64,000 bases of DNA from Dehalococcoidia bacterium (GTDB lineage Bacteria; Chloroflexota; Dehalococcoidia; Lucifugimonadales; CAUZJF01), in contig CBDAOG010000005.1 in the NCBI GenBank assembly GCA_965197985.1, forward strand, positions 531,404 to 595,403, in the 5' to 3' direction. The notes under the pieces were generated by a model. It saw only the letters and a list, made by a program, of their open reading frames with translations, made no database searches and was not told the DNA's origin. Shown here piece after piece: positions 47,497-57,075 of this stretch. Made by a program: the position numbers and the translations under genes. The number at the start of each line of letters is the position of its first letter. Position 1 is the stretch's first letter.

Positions 47497-48459
47497 CTAT
47501 CTGGGAAATCCAGGCTTGAACCACATCTCCGTTGCATTCCGATCAAGACCCATGTATCGCACTCGGCTGTAGCAGTATGTCCGCTTCAACGTACCGAAGA
47601 CCTTCTCCACAGGTGCTCGCACTCGCGATATCAGTTCGTTGCGCCGCTTCTGCCAGTGAGGGAGTCTAGCCTGGTGCTTGTGAGACCTATGCATCGTCCG
47701 GTCCTTGATACCCAGAGACTTGAGCCATTTGCGTCTCTTTTTGGACTCATAGGCCCGGTCACCGTACACCGCCGCCTCGTCCCTCGTCACCAGGTTATCT
47801 GCCACCTCGCCGTCGTTGACCTTGGCCGATGTCAGCATCGCCGTCCGTATGAGCCCGGAGCCAGCATCGACTCCAACATGGACCTTATAGCCAAAGTAAG
47901 ACCGAGAGCCCCTGCGGGTCCAGTCCGCATCCGGATCCGTCGCGCTCCTGGCTCCAGGACCCGCCGAGGCCGATGGCCGGCGGGCCTGGGCCTCCACCAG
48001 CGTCGCGTCCATCAGTGTGCCCTTCTTCACTACCAGACCACGCTCTTCCAACTGACGCCCCAGTTCCTCGAACAACCGGTCTCCGAGGCTTCGTTCCGTC
48101 AGCTCCTTGCGGAAGCGGCTAATGGTCGAATAGTCCGGAGAGTCGTCCTGCAGCCCAAGTCCCACGAACCGTCGGAACGAAAGCCTGTCCCACAACGCCG
48201 CCTCCATCTCCGGGTCCGATGCGTTGTACCACTGTTGGAGCAGCATCACTTTGACCATCATCAGCGGCGGATAGCTCGGCCTGCCTTCTGGAGCCGAGTA
48301 GACCTCGTCAACAATCTTCCCAATCCTGTCCCAGTCGACCGCCTCACCTATGCGCTCCAATCTCTCGTTTCGGCCGACCTGCTCCGGCAGAAAGGCCTCC
48401 GCCATCGACTGCTGACCTACCTTGCGGTGCATGAACTCTACTCCTACCTTCTCCCACAT
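47497..48459 (-). pseudogene. IS5-family transposase lacking its last ~15-20 residues
   Basis: Motifs are ...RPSYPPLMMVKVMLLQQWYNASDPEMEAALWDRLSFRRFVGL..., ...GTLMDATLVEA..., ...YGDRAYES... and ...VEKVFGTLKRTYCYSRVRYMGLDRNATEMWFK. The sequence then turns into the unrelated PGFPR*. Confidence 0.65.
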
Positions 48460-48515
48460 TCTTACCGACGATTATCAACTTCGTCGCAAGGTTATGCAAA
48501 GGTCTCCGCTGGGAG
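47497..48515 (-). mobile_element. IS5-family element (IS5-B), 3' end cut off at the IS1380-B junction; upstream end approximate
   Basis: The transposase is followed directly by IS1380-B sequence. The upstream candidate end lies near ...GAGACCTTTGCATAACC (minus strand, ~48515). Confidence 0.55.
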
Positions 48516-48560
48516 AGGATTGTCGAAGATCCCGAGGCTCTCGGGGAGGTGAGGGTCTTG
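48501..48560 (+). repeat. GEG-type hairpin repeat (double unit)
   Basis: Sequence is ggtctccgctgggagaggattgtcgaagatcccgaggctctcggggaggtgagggtcttg. Confidence 0.5.
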
Positions 48561-48610
48561 AACTCGCTGATCTCAGCGTCATTTATCAGCAACAAAGCTC
48601 TCCTGCTCGC

Positions 48611-49999
48611 TCATTCCCACCACACGGAAAATACCTCAGCGTCCTTCAGCCTGAGCCGGACGCTCACCGTCCGCCCATCGACCGATCCACCGGCCCCATC
48701 CTGCCACCGCACTATATGATCCAGGGAATCAGCGCCGGCCATCGCGACGCAATCGCCGGCCCCGAACCCCTCGACAACCGCGCCATCTTCACCCACCAGC
48801 TCTGCGACGACGCTCCCACTCGACGCGTCGGCGTTGACATGAAGCTCGCCGCTAGCAGGAGCAAGGCTCGTCTCAACAGCCCCGTCTCCGTTGGCGAAGA
48901 GGCCGGCGAACCTGTCCCGCGGCCACCATGCCATCCCGATGCTCTTGGCGCGGGAGTTCTTTTCGAGGGTGCCGGGCGACCTTTCACAACCGGTGTAGTA
49001 CGCGACCACTCTGTCGTCGTCGAGAGCCAACGAATTTCCAGTCCACACCAATCCGCTGTCCCACGACTCCTCCTCGCCTCGCTCCAGTATCGGGCTCCGC
49101 GCCTCGACACGTTGCCAGCTCTTGCCGTCCCGGCTGGAGACCAGCTCGACGTCCATTTCGCCGTCCAGGCCCTGACCGACGATCTCGCGACCTCGTAGCA
49201 CCTGCAGAAAGCCTAGAAGCACCGGGCCGTACCGGAAGATGGGCATCGCTCGGAAGATGGTCTTATTATTCAGGTCGTCTCCCGCCCATTCACGGTCCTT
49301 ATCGTCGGGCAATACGGCGGGACGTGGAAGCGTCCACTCGATCCCGTCCGCACTCTCGGTGTAGAGTGGCGCCCCAACGTTGTCCCAGACCACGGTCCCC
49401 CGGAAGGCCTCATCCTGTTCGTCGTAGGTAAACCAGCCATTCTCCGGGTACCCAGGGATGAGCGGAGTCTCCGACGCGTCGGTCCACCTGATGCCGTCTT
49501 CGGAAAAGGCGAGGTAGTGGCCGTTGTAGGGCAACTCGTGGCCCGACCCGTAGGCGAGCATTGCATAGGCATGCCCGTCCCAACCGCTGGGAGGGCGGAG
49601 CACGCTCGGGTTCATGTCGTTCATCAACGCCGGTCTGAGCAAAGTGATGTTGTTCTCGCGAGAGCCCGTGGAGCTCTCGTAGAGGCCGAGGGACGGCTTG
49701 GTCCAAGTGAGCCCGTCCTGACTCTCAGCGTAGAGGTGCAGGAACCGCAGGTAGGAGTCGAACTCGTTGGCCCCCGGAGCGGTCCCTCGCGACTGGTACC
49801 ACATCCGGTACGTGTCGCCATCTTTTAGGACTGTCCCGAGGGCTATGGCAGGCGCTTCCCAGTCCTCGTCAGACGTGACGACGGGGTTTCCCTCGTGTTT
49901 ACGGGCGACGTGGACACGGCGCTCGACGCCGTGCGACGTCGCGATCTGAGCGTCGTCGACGAAAAGGACCCTGCTGCCAGCAGTTGCAGGTCGGTTCAT
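48611..49999 (-). CDS. unassigned beta-propeller glycoside-hydrolase-like protein (paralog GH-like-2)
   Basis: ATG 49999 lies inside ORF 48611..50059. The sequence runs MNRPATAGSRVLFVDDAQIATSHGVERRVHVARKHEGNPVV..., ...YRMWYQS..., ESQDGLTWTKP, FSEDGIRWTD, ESADGIEWTLP, SSRDGKSWQRV and ...LKDAEVFSVWWE*. No signal peptide. Confidence 0.65.
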   Translation of the reverse strand: MNRPATAGSRVLFVDDAQIATSHGVERRVHVARKHEGNPVVTSDEDWEAPAIALGTVLKDGDTYRMWYQSRGTAPGANEFDSYLRFLHLYAESQDGLTWTKPSLGLYESSTGSRENNITLLRPALMNDMNPSVLRPPSGWDGHAYAMLAYGSGHELPYNGHYLAFSEDGIRWTDASETPLIPGYPENGWFTYDEQDEAFRGTVVWDNVGAPLYTESADGIEWTLPRPAVLPDDKDREWAGDDLNNKTIFRAMPIFRYGPVLLGFLQVLRGREIVGQGLDGEMDVELVSSRDGKSWQRVEARSPILERGEEESWDSGLVWTGNSLALDDDRVVAYYTGCERSPGTLEKNSRAKSIGMAWWPRDRFAGLFANGDGAVETSLAPASGELHVNADASSGSVVAELVGEDGAVVEGFGAGDCVAMAGADSLDHIVRWQDGAGGSVDGRTVSVRLRLKDAEVFSVWWE

Positions 50000-50128
50000 G
50001 GGCAGGGCCGAGTATATTCCCCGTGGCGTCTCGTGGCGACGACCCGGGTTGGGCCGCAAATACGGTGGTAAACTAATTAACTCGCGGCTGCCTCACCCCA
50101 GATGATTTAGTCCAAAGACCGCGCGCTT

Positions 50129-50173
50129 TCCCCCTCTCCGAACGTCGGAGAGGGGGCCAGGGGGTGAGGTTCC
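50129..50173 (+). repeat. GEG-type hairpin repeat unit
   Basis: Sequence is tccccctctccgaacgtcggagagggggccagggggtgaggttcc. It ends 9 nt before ATG 50182. Confidence 0.6.
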
Positions 50174-50548
50174 GTTCAACCATGCCAGCTAAGCAAACCG
50201 TAAACGACCTCATTGCGAACACCGACACACCCCGCACAAGGGAGAGCCTTGCCGCGGACCTGCGTGCCCTCGGCCTCCACCCCGGCGCGTGCGTGATCGT
50301 CCACTCGTCGCTGAGCTCGCTGGGCTGGATCAGCGGAGGCGCCGTCGCCGTCGTTCAGGCATTGATCGACGTCGTCACCGAGTCCGGCACCGTCGTGATG
50401 CCAACACACTCGTACACGTACTCCGATCCAGCGCCGCGAGATAACTCCTTAAGCGATGCCTGGGTCCAGGCAGTCCGGGAGTCCCTGCCCGCCTTCGATC
50501 CTCGTGTCGTGCCGACGACTCGAATGGGGCAGATCGTCGAAGTGTTTA

Positions 50549-52260
50549 GCCCGAATCCACCGAGGGAGGGCGTCGGGTTAGCATCCTGAAGAGGCCAGAG
50601 GGTGCTCTTCTGAATCTGGGATAATGGTTTTGTAACAGCAAAACAGTCCCAGAGAAGGAGCACCCAATAGATGCTACCACGCAACCAGCCCGACCGTATC
50701 CGTATCGTCTTTGACGATCACCGCCTGGTGGCCAATGCCGGTCTGCTCCTGCCGGCCACCCTCGCCCGGCATCTGGGCCTGCGGGAACTCGTTGACCATC
50801 ACCTTGACCTGGGCGGCGCGCCGGGGCGGGCCAACACCGGAGACAAGCTGATGACCCTGGTGGCCTCAGCCATGGCCGGCGGCGACTGCATCGACGACGC
50901 TGATGTGTTGCGCACCGGGGGGACGGCCTGCACCCTGGGCGGCACGGTCAAGGCGCCATCCACCCTGGGCACCTTCCTGCGCAGCTTCCGGTGGGGCCAC
51001 GTCCGCCAGCTGGACCGGGTGAGCCGGGAGCTGCTGGCCCGGGCCTGGGCCGCTGGGGCCGGACCCGGCGACGCGCCGTTCACCATCGACCTCGATTCCA
51101 CCATCTGCGAGACCTACGGACTGGCCAAGGAGGGCGCCCGCCACCACGGCTATACCGGCAAGCGGGGCTACCACCCACTGCTGGCCATCGCCGCCGGCAC
51201 CGGAGACGTGCTGATGTCCCGGCTGCGCGAGGGCCGGGCCAACACCGCCCGCGGCGCCGCCCACTTCCTGCGGGAGACGGTGGGACGGGTGCGCTACGCC
51301 GGGGCCAACGGACGACTCACGCTACGGGCCGACAGCGGGTTCTACACTCATGGCGTGGTATCCGTCTGCCGCAAGATGGATGTCCGCTTCTCCATCACCA
51401 TCCGCCAGCATAAAAGCCTGCACAATCTCATCGAGGCGATACCCGAAGATGCCTGGACGCCGATTCCTTACTGGATGGACGGCGCCGCCGATGTGGCCGA
51501 GACCACCTGCACTCCCTTCCAGAGTGAACCTGACGCCGCGCCGGTGCGGCTCATCGTCCGGCGTGTGAAGCCCACGCCCGGTTCCCAGCTGGCCCTCTTC
51601 GCCACCTACAGCTATCACGGCTTCATCACCGACCGGGACGGGGAGATGCTCGAACTGGAGGCCGACCATCGCCGCCACGCCGAGATCGAGAATGCCATCC
51701 GAGACCTCAAGCACGGTGTGGGGTTGAACCATCTCCCCTCGGGCCGCTTCGCCGCCAACGCCGCCTGGCTGGCGGTACAGGTGATGGCCCACAACATCGC
51801 CCGCTGGACAGCGCGCATCGGTCTGGGCGAGCAGGTGGTGACCACCAAGACCCTCCGGCGGCGGTTCTTCTCCCTGGCCGGACGGATCACCCGCTCGGCG
51901 CGCCGCCTCACACTGCATCTGCCACAGCGCTGGCCTTGGGAAGCCCAGTTCGATCGTGCCCTGGCCCGATTGCGCGCCCTGCCACTCCCTGCCTGACGGC
52001 GGCGGCGGCAACCGGCCGACATCCGGCCAACCGAACGTCCCCGCGAACTCGCGCCAGTCCGGTCTGCGAGCGCCTCTTGCTGTGTCCTCTCCCCGCTATC
52101 TCGCCCTGACCAACATTCGCAGACGGTCACAAAGTCTCCCCGCGGCAACTGAAGACAAACACCGGCCCCCCTCTACCCCAAATCGTGCCCGGACCATCGC
52201 CCTCCCTTGCCCCTATCGCCCGTTCCGCTGCTGCATAGTCATCCCTTCGGTGGATTTGGG
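50549..52260 (+). mobile_element. IS1380-A copy 4 (1712 bp)
   Basis: Same ends. The flanks are TTTA (50545-50548) and GTTA (52261-52264), sharing TTA. Confidence 0.9.
50671..51996 (+). CDS. IS1380-family transposase
   Basis: 441 aa, identical in translation to copy 3. Confidence 0.9.
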   Translation: MLPRNQPDRIRIVFDDHRLVANAGLLLPATLARHLGLRELVDHHLDLGGAPGRANTGDKLMTLVASAMAGGDCIDDADVLRTGGTACTLGGTVKAPSTLGTFLRSFRWGHVRQLDRVSRELLARAWAAGAGPGDAPFTIDLDSTICETYGLAKEGARHHGYTGKRGYHPLLAIAAGTGDVLMSRLREGRANTARGAAHFLRETVGRVRYAGANGRLTLRADSGFYTHGVVSVCRKMDVRFSITIRQHKSLHNLIEAIPEDAWTPIPYWMDGAADVAETTCTPFQSEPDAAPVRLIVRRVKPTPGSQLALFATYSYHGFITDRDGEMLELEADHRRHAEIENAIRDLKHGVGLNHLPSGRFAANAAWLAVQVMAHNIARWTARIGLGEQVVTTKTLRRRFFSLAGRITRSARRLTLHLPQRWPWEAQFDRALARLRALPLPA

Positions 52261-52883
52261 GTTAGGAGGTGGCCCGGCACGCTCAGGAGCAGCCACCCGG
52301 TGACCTCCTTCGCGGCCTGGGGAGCGGAGGCCGAGTTCGTCACCGAGGGCCAGACCTACGAGTGGGGACAGGGTGAGAGCTCGCCGATCGCCCGTGTGTA
52401 TGACCTGGCCGGCAGCGTGCTACTGCTTGGCGTGGGACACGACCGGGACACCTCGCTGCACCTGGCTGAATATCGAGTCCCGGAGACGCCGCTGCGCACG
52501 CGACTGTATCCGGTACCGGAACACGGCCGCTCGGTGTGGCGCGAGTTCGACACAATCGACCACATGAGCGACGAGTGGCTGCTAGAGCTCGGCGAGGCCT
52601 TCGAAGCCGTGAGTCCCGTCACCGTGGGGCAAGTCGGCTCGGCGGAGGCGCGGCTCTTCCCTCAGCGCGAGGCCGTGGACTTCGCTATGGGGTGGCTGAA
52701 GCAGAAGCACACCATGGCGAGTTCCTGACTGATATGTGAGATGGCACAAGAACCCCCAACACTAGCGAATAGAACTGTGGTCGGTGGAGTGTCCAGGCTC
52801 ACGGTCAAGACGGGCGATAGACTCATCTCTACTGAAGAAAACGCGGTCGCCCGTATGCCGTGATAAGGTGCGACCCACGACGT

Positions 52884-53708
52884 ATGGACCAACTGAACCA
52901 GAAAGATCACAGCAGGACCAACAAGGAGGCCTGGTCTCACAGAGCCTACGAAGCGGCATATCGAGGCTACGGGTCCCCTGACGAGGCAGCTGCGAAGATT
53001 CGACAGGACCCCGCTTATGTCATGCGGGCAGCTTCGAAGTACTTCGGCGACGTGCGGGGCAAGGTGGTCGCGAATCTCCTCGGATCGCACGGCCGTCGAG
53101 CGGTCGCTCTATCCCTCCTTGGCGCTCAGGTAACTATCGTTGACATTGCCGAAGGTAACCAGCGATATGCGCTGGAATTGGCCAAGGCCGCGGGAATCGG
53201 CCTGGACTACATCGTCTCGGATGTACTTGATTGGCATACTGACCCGTTCCTAGACCACTTCGATTTCGTTTTCATGGAGTATGGCATCCTCCACTACTTT
53301 GTGGACTTGGGCCCCCTGGCCGCACTGGTCCATGCGATCCTCAAAGGGGGTGGCAAACTGATCCTGCACGAGTTCCATCCAATCAATATGAAGTGCGGTC
53401 CAGAACCCAACGCCGACCGGTTGGTTCTCACGGGGAGCTATTTTTCTGACGCGATCGTGGAAGGGCGAGTCCCATACTCGGTCAACTTCTCGCAAGAAGA
53501 GAGCGAATCCTTCCCCCTTTGTCGCTACAGATTTTGGCAGCTCGGTGAAATTGTCACAGCGATTGCGGAAGGCGGTCTGATCGTAGAAAAGCTGGTCGAG
53601 AATCCCCACCGCGATCTCTCCAGGCTGTCTGACGAGATGCAGCAACCCGCGACAATGCACTTGCCCGCGTCGTTTACTCTTGTCGCCAGAAACGGGACTC
53701 TTCGATGA
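52884..53708 (+). CDS. class I SAM-dependent methyltransferase-fold protein
   Basis: ORF 52860..53708; ATG 52884 or GTG 52860 could be the start. Motifs are VVANLLGSHGRRAVALSLLGAQVTIVDIAEGN, YIVSDVLDW, FDFVFMEYGILHYF and GGKLILHEFHP. Confidence 0.6.
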   Translation: MDQLNQKDHSRTNKEAWSHRAYEAAYRGYGSPDEAAAKIRQDPAYVMRAASKYFGDVRGKVVANLLGSHGRRAVALSLLGAQVTIVDIAEGNQRYALELAKAAGIGLDYIVSDVLDWHTDPFLDHFDFVFMEYGILHYFVDLGPLAALVHAILKGGGKLILHEFHPINMKCGPEPNADRLVLTGSYFSDAIVEGRVPYSVNFSQEESESFPLCRYRFWQLGEIVTAIAEGGLIVEKLVENPHRDLSRLSDEMQQPATMHLPASFTLVARNGTLR

Positions 53709-53828
53709 ACTGGCATCAAGGTGATGTGCTGGATGAGTAGTCGTCCGGTTCACAACCGTGTCTTCGGAATGATTGTGTATTGCGACCGCACGGTTGTGCG
53801 AGGTCGACTGACGGGAGCCGTGCTTTCT

Positions 53829-53868
53829 TCCCTCTCCGTGCCACGGAGAGGGGCCGGGGTGAGGTTCC
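53829..53868 (+). repeat. GEG-type hairpin repeat unit
   Basis: Sequence is tccctctccgtgccacggagaggggccggggtgaggttcc. It ends 24 nt upstream of ATG 53893. Confidence 0.6.
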
Positions 53869-53892
53869 AAGACCTGCAAGGAGAACATCTCC

Positions 53893-54816
53893 ATGGAATT
53901 GGTTGAGCTCGGCAACACTGGGATGAAGGTCAGCCGCATCGCTCTTGGGCTGGCCGAGATATCGCGCCAACAGAAGCAGGGGCGGGTCGACAAACCGGAC
54001 GAGGTCATCAACACCGCCCTCGATAGCGGCATCAACCTCCTGGACACCGCGGCTTGCTACGGCACCACTGAAGAGATGATCGGAGCCGCTGTGTCCCACA
54101 GGCGCGACGAGTACTACCTTGCTACAAAGTGCGGACACGACGTCGACGAGAACAGCAGGCCTAAGGACGGATCATCTCACTCGTGGACCGCCGAGGTGGT
54201 CGAGGAGAGCATCGACCGGAGCTTACGTCGGCTGCGTACCGACCACCTCGATCTGGTACAGCTCCACTCTCCTGACCTCGATGTCCTCAAGCGAGGCGAG
54301 GTTACCGAAGCCCTGGTGAAAGCCAGGGACGCCGGGAAAACCAGGTTCATCGGCCTGAGCGCGGACAATGAGGCGGCTCGTTGGGGCGTCAAGAGCGGCG
54401 TGTTCGCGACGCTTCAGACGAGCTTCAACCTCCTGGAACAGCGAGCTCGAACCACGGGGCTCTTCGAGCTCGCCGAGTCAAAGGGTGTAGGTATCCTGAT
54501 CAAGCGGCCCTTCGCGAACGGCGTCTGGGACAAGGACGAGAGCCCGTACTCCTACGGCAACGAGTATTTCGAGCGTGCCAAAGAGATGAAGAAGCTCGGG
54601 CCCATCGACGGCGCGCCTGGCGATCCGGTGCTGCTTGCGCTGGGTTTCACGCTGTCCCAACCCGAGATCGACACCATCATCGTCGGCACCCACAACCCGG
54701 CCCACGTCCGCTCGAACATCGCCATGCTCGATAAACTGCCCATCGCCCAGAAGGCGACAGAGGCTCTACGACACCGCTTCGACCAGTTGGGGAACGACTG
54801 GCTCCAGCTGACTTGA
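53893..54816 (+). CDS. aldo/keto reductase
   Basis: 307 aa. Features are GINLLDTAACYG (catalytic Tyr context), YYLATKCG (Lys), DLVQLHSPD and FIGLSADN. Confidence 0.85.
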   Translation: MELVELGNTGMKVSRIALGLAEISRQQKQGRVDKPDEVINTALDSGINLLDTAACYGTTEEMIGAAVSHRRDEYYLATKCGHDVDENSRPKDGSSHSWTAEVVEESIDRSLRRLRTDHLDLVQLHSPDLDVLKRGEVTEALVKARDAGKTRFIGLSADNEAARWGVKSGVFATLQTSFNLLEQRARTTGLFELAESKGVGILIKRPFANGVWDKDESPYSYGNEYFERAKEMKKLGPIDGAPGDPVLLALGFTLSQPEIDTIIVGTHNPAHVRSNIAMLDKLPIAQKATEALRHRFDQLGNDWLQLT

Positions 54817-54923
54817 GTCCTTTGCGTCTTGGCGACTTTGCGTTGGGTTTCCTTGACACCCGTGCCATCAAAAGCCGAGAATACCCGAAGCATTCAAACC
54901 TATCGTAAGGAGTCATCGAGTAC

Positions 54924-55871
54924 ATGAACCGAGCAGAGTTGCGCAACCTGATCAAAGGCATATCCGTCGCGATACCGACGGCCTTCGACGATGATATGCG
55001 ACTAGACCTGCCGACGATGGCCGACCTGACCCAATGGTGGGTCGAGAGCGGCCTCGGGACCGACACCGCGCCCCTCAAGGTGGCAGCTGCTTGGGGCGAG
55101 GGTCCCGATCTTAGCGACGACGAATGGCCGCAACTTCTCCGAACGGTCGTGGACGCCGCCGGACCCAAAGCCGTGGTGATGTGCGCGCTGAAAGAGAAGA
55201 GCACGATGCACACCATCGAGGACGCTAAGAGGGCCCAGGACCTCGGCGCCATCGGCCTCCAGATAGAGCTGCCCTACAACCACCACCCCAACCAGGACGA
55301 CTACGTCAGGCACTTCACCACGATATCGGACAACATCGACATCGGGATCATGATCTATAACACCTTCTGGTTCGGCGCGCCGCCCATCGAGCCGGAGACG
55401 ATACTGCGGATGAAGGACACCGAGCACGTGGTCGCGGTGAAGTGGAACGCGAACCGGGAGGGCTTGGACTACGACGACATGCGCAAGTTCTCCGCCGACT
55501 TCAACGTCATAGGTAACGGCAACGGTGTTCGCTGTATCCGGAACGGCGGCGCGGGATTTGTTAGCGCGTCGGCCCCGGCTTATCCTGCATACGACCTTAA
55601 GGTCTGGAGCCTTATCGAAGAGCAACGCTACGACGAAGCCAGCGAGATGGAGACGAAGTTCCGCGATGCGATAGGAGACTGGCGCAAAAGGACAACCGAG
55701 AGGTCCGGCGGCTACCGCCAGGCCAAGGGCTTGATGGCCGTCATGGGCCACCCCGTAGGCCCGCCACGGCTCCCCACCCTGCCCATGGACGACGCCGAAT
55801 TGGCCGAGCTGGCCGAGATTCTCAAGAGCATAGGCTGGCCCGTCCCCGAGAAGACAGCCGTCGCCGCCTAA
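54924..55871 (+). CDS. DHDPS/N-acetylneuraminate-lyase-family class I aldolase (paralog 2)
   Basis: 315 aa; ATG 54924 follows AAGGAG. Features are GISVAIPTAFDDDMRLDLPTMADL, ...GLQIELPYNHHP..., ...HVVAVKWNAN (candidate Lys) and a C-terminal helical region. Confidence 0.65.
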   Translation: MNRAELRNLIKGISVAIPTAFDDDMRLDLPTMADLTQWWVESGLGTDTAPLKVAAAWGEGPDLSDDEWPQLLRTVVDAAGPKAVVMCALKEKSTMHTIEDAKRAQDLGAIGLQIELPYNHHPNQDDYVRHFTTISDNIDIGIMIYNTFWFGAPPIEPETILRMKDTEHVVAVKWNANREGLDYDDMRKFSADFNVIGNGNGVRCIRNGGAGFVSASAPAYPAYDLKVWSLIEEQRYDEASEMETKFRDAIGDWRKRTTERSGGYRQAKGLMAVMGHPVGPPRLPTLPMDDAELAELAEILKSIGWPVPEKTAVAA

Positions 55872-55882
55872 GAGATTCACCA

Positions 55883-55937
55883 CAGAGCGCACAGAGATTT
55901 CTTATTACTAATACCTCTGTGCTCTCTGGTTGTTTTT
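55883..55937. terminator. bidirectional hairpin terminator between convergent genes
   Basis: CAGAGCGCACAGAG (55883-55896) pairs with CTCTGTGCTCTCTG (55915-55928), giving 13 of 14 base pairs. TTGTTTTT follows. Confidence 0.55.
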
Positions 55938-57075
55938 ATGCCCGGGCAACTATGAACGACTCGTCTGTGAACCACAGGCCAGAGTACTTGTGTAGGATCT
56001 CTCGAGTCGACTCAAGATAGTCCGCCTGCCCCATTGCCTCTTCGAGACGCTCATCCTTGATCTGCGCCACGTAGGTCGCGGCGTTCCAAGCCGCCAGTAG
56101 GGTCGACGTTCCGATCGTGTCCGCGACCTCGTCGGGGCCCGCGCGCATCCGGAATCTGAACTCGGCCTGTGAGTCCGTATAGCTCAGATAGCGGAGCGTT
56201 GGGTTGCTCTCGCCCAGCTGGGCCTGGAGCTCCCTTAACAGCTCCTGACGAGGCGTCCGGAAGGGGTGCTCGTCGGGCCAGATGCTCCTGACGATCTCCA
56301 TCCCTGGGTCCTTGCCGGTGGACTGGATCACGACCATGCATCCTCCCGCGGCCAGGGAGCGAGCAAGTGGGCTGAGCACGTTCTTCACCTTCGTCTCGGC
56401 GGGCGACCTCGCCCGGTACGGCTGGGCAGCGATGACGATGTCGTACTCGTGCCCCTGTTGTCCCTCTCGCGGGACCAGCAGTTTCAAAGAGTCGATCTGG
56501 TCTTCTCTGTAGATGACCATGACAGAAGGCGTCACGTATACCGGGTTACCGGTCTTCTCGCTAGCTCTCGTCTGCCACCAGTTTTGAAGGGAAGGCTCCA
56601 GGCCAGCGATCTGCTCGTCGAACTCGAAGGCGGTGGTTCCAATCAAGGGCACCTCGACCCAGTTGAGCTTCTCTCGCATGGACGCGGACCGAGGGCGTAA
56701 CGACGGCGCCTCCGAATAAAGCATGTTCGTGACGACGAGCACCGTCTTCGGATGTTCCAGGAACCTGTCGGCCATCTTCTCCAGGCTGATTCGGACATCC
56801 TCCTGGCTTGTCTCTTTGGCGACGACCAGGAAAGGACGGTCCGGATAGCCGTGGTGTAAATGCCGCATGACACGGCTGAGGACGGTCGCGTCACCCATCC
56901 CGGCGTCGAAAATGCGGAGTCCTCGCGTCCCGGGCTGCACGAACTGCGCGTCGGTAGCCACACGGTTCGCGATCACCTGCTTTTCGTTGCAAGTGTTCAC
57001 GAACTGGAGGTACTTCTCTCGGTTGTCGAAGAATCGGAACGGCGCCAGCCGCCGATGGATCGGTTTCAAGTTCAT
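55936..57075 (-). CDS. uncharacterised protein with a possible class I methyltransferase-like Gly motif
   Basis: 379-aa ORF with coherent composition. It has RIFDAGMGDATVLSRV (motif-I-like) and ...GGCMVVIQSTG.... I do not recognise the family. Confidence 0.4.
   Translation of the reverse strand: MNLKPIHRRLAPFRFFDNREKYLQFVNTCNEKQVIANRVATDAQFVQPGTRGLRIFDAGMGDATVLSRVMRHLHHGYPDRPFLVVAKETSQEDVRISLEKMADRFLEHPKTVLVVTNMLYSEAPSLRPRSASMREKLNWVEVPLIGTTAFEFDEQIAGLEPSLQNWWQTRASEKTGNPVYVTPSVMVIYREDQIDSLKLLVPREGQQGHEYDIVIAAQPYRARSPAETKVKNVLSPLARSLAAGGCMVVIQSTGKDPGMEIVRSIWPDEHPFRTPRQELLRELQAQLGESNPTLRYLSYTDSQAEFRFRMRAGPDEVADTIGTSTLLAAWNAATYVAQIKDERLEEAMGQADYLESTREILHKYSGLWFTDESFIVARA

Larger units (their letters stand above)
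45761..47514 (-). mobile_element. second IS1380-family element (IS1380-B); this is an outer envelope because the ends are not resolved
   Basis: It contains a 443-codon IS1380-type transposase unrelated at DNA level to IS1380-A. One candidate end pair is a perfect 10-bp inverted repeat, CTAAACGGAT (45761-45770) with ATCCGTTTAG (47438-47447). The other is a pair of CCTNGAT-type ends at ~45820 and 47514. The IS5-B transposase reading frame stops being transposase-like exactly at 47514/47515. Confidence 0.55.
50182..52728 (+). pseudogene. aminoglycoside 3-N-acetyltransferase-like (AAC(3)/Antibiotic_NAT family) gene split by IS1380-A copy 4
   Basis: The 5' part is MPAKQTVNDLIANTDTPRTRESLAADLRALGLHPGACVIVHSSLSSLGWISGGAVAVVQALIDVVTESGTVVMPTHS...RMGQIVEVF. 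The 3' part is RRWPGTLRSSHPVTSFAAWGAEAEF...LLLGVGHDRDTSLHLAEYR.... Removing the IS plus one TTA restores an 831-nt, 276-codon ORF. Confidence 0.8.
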
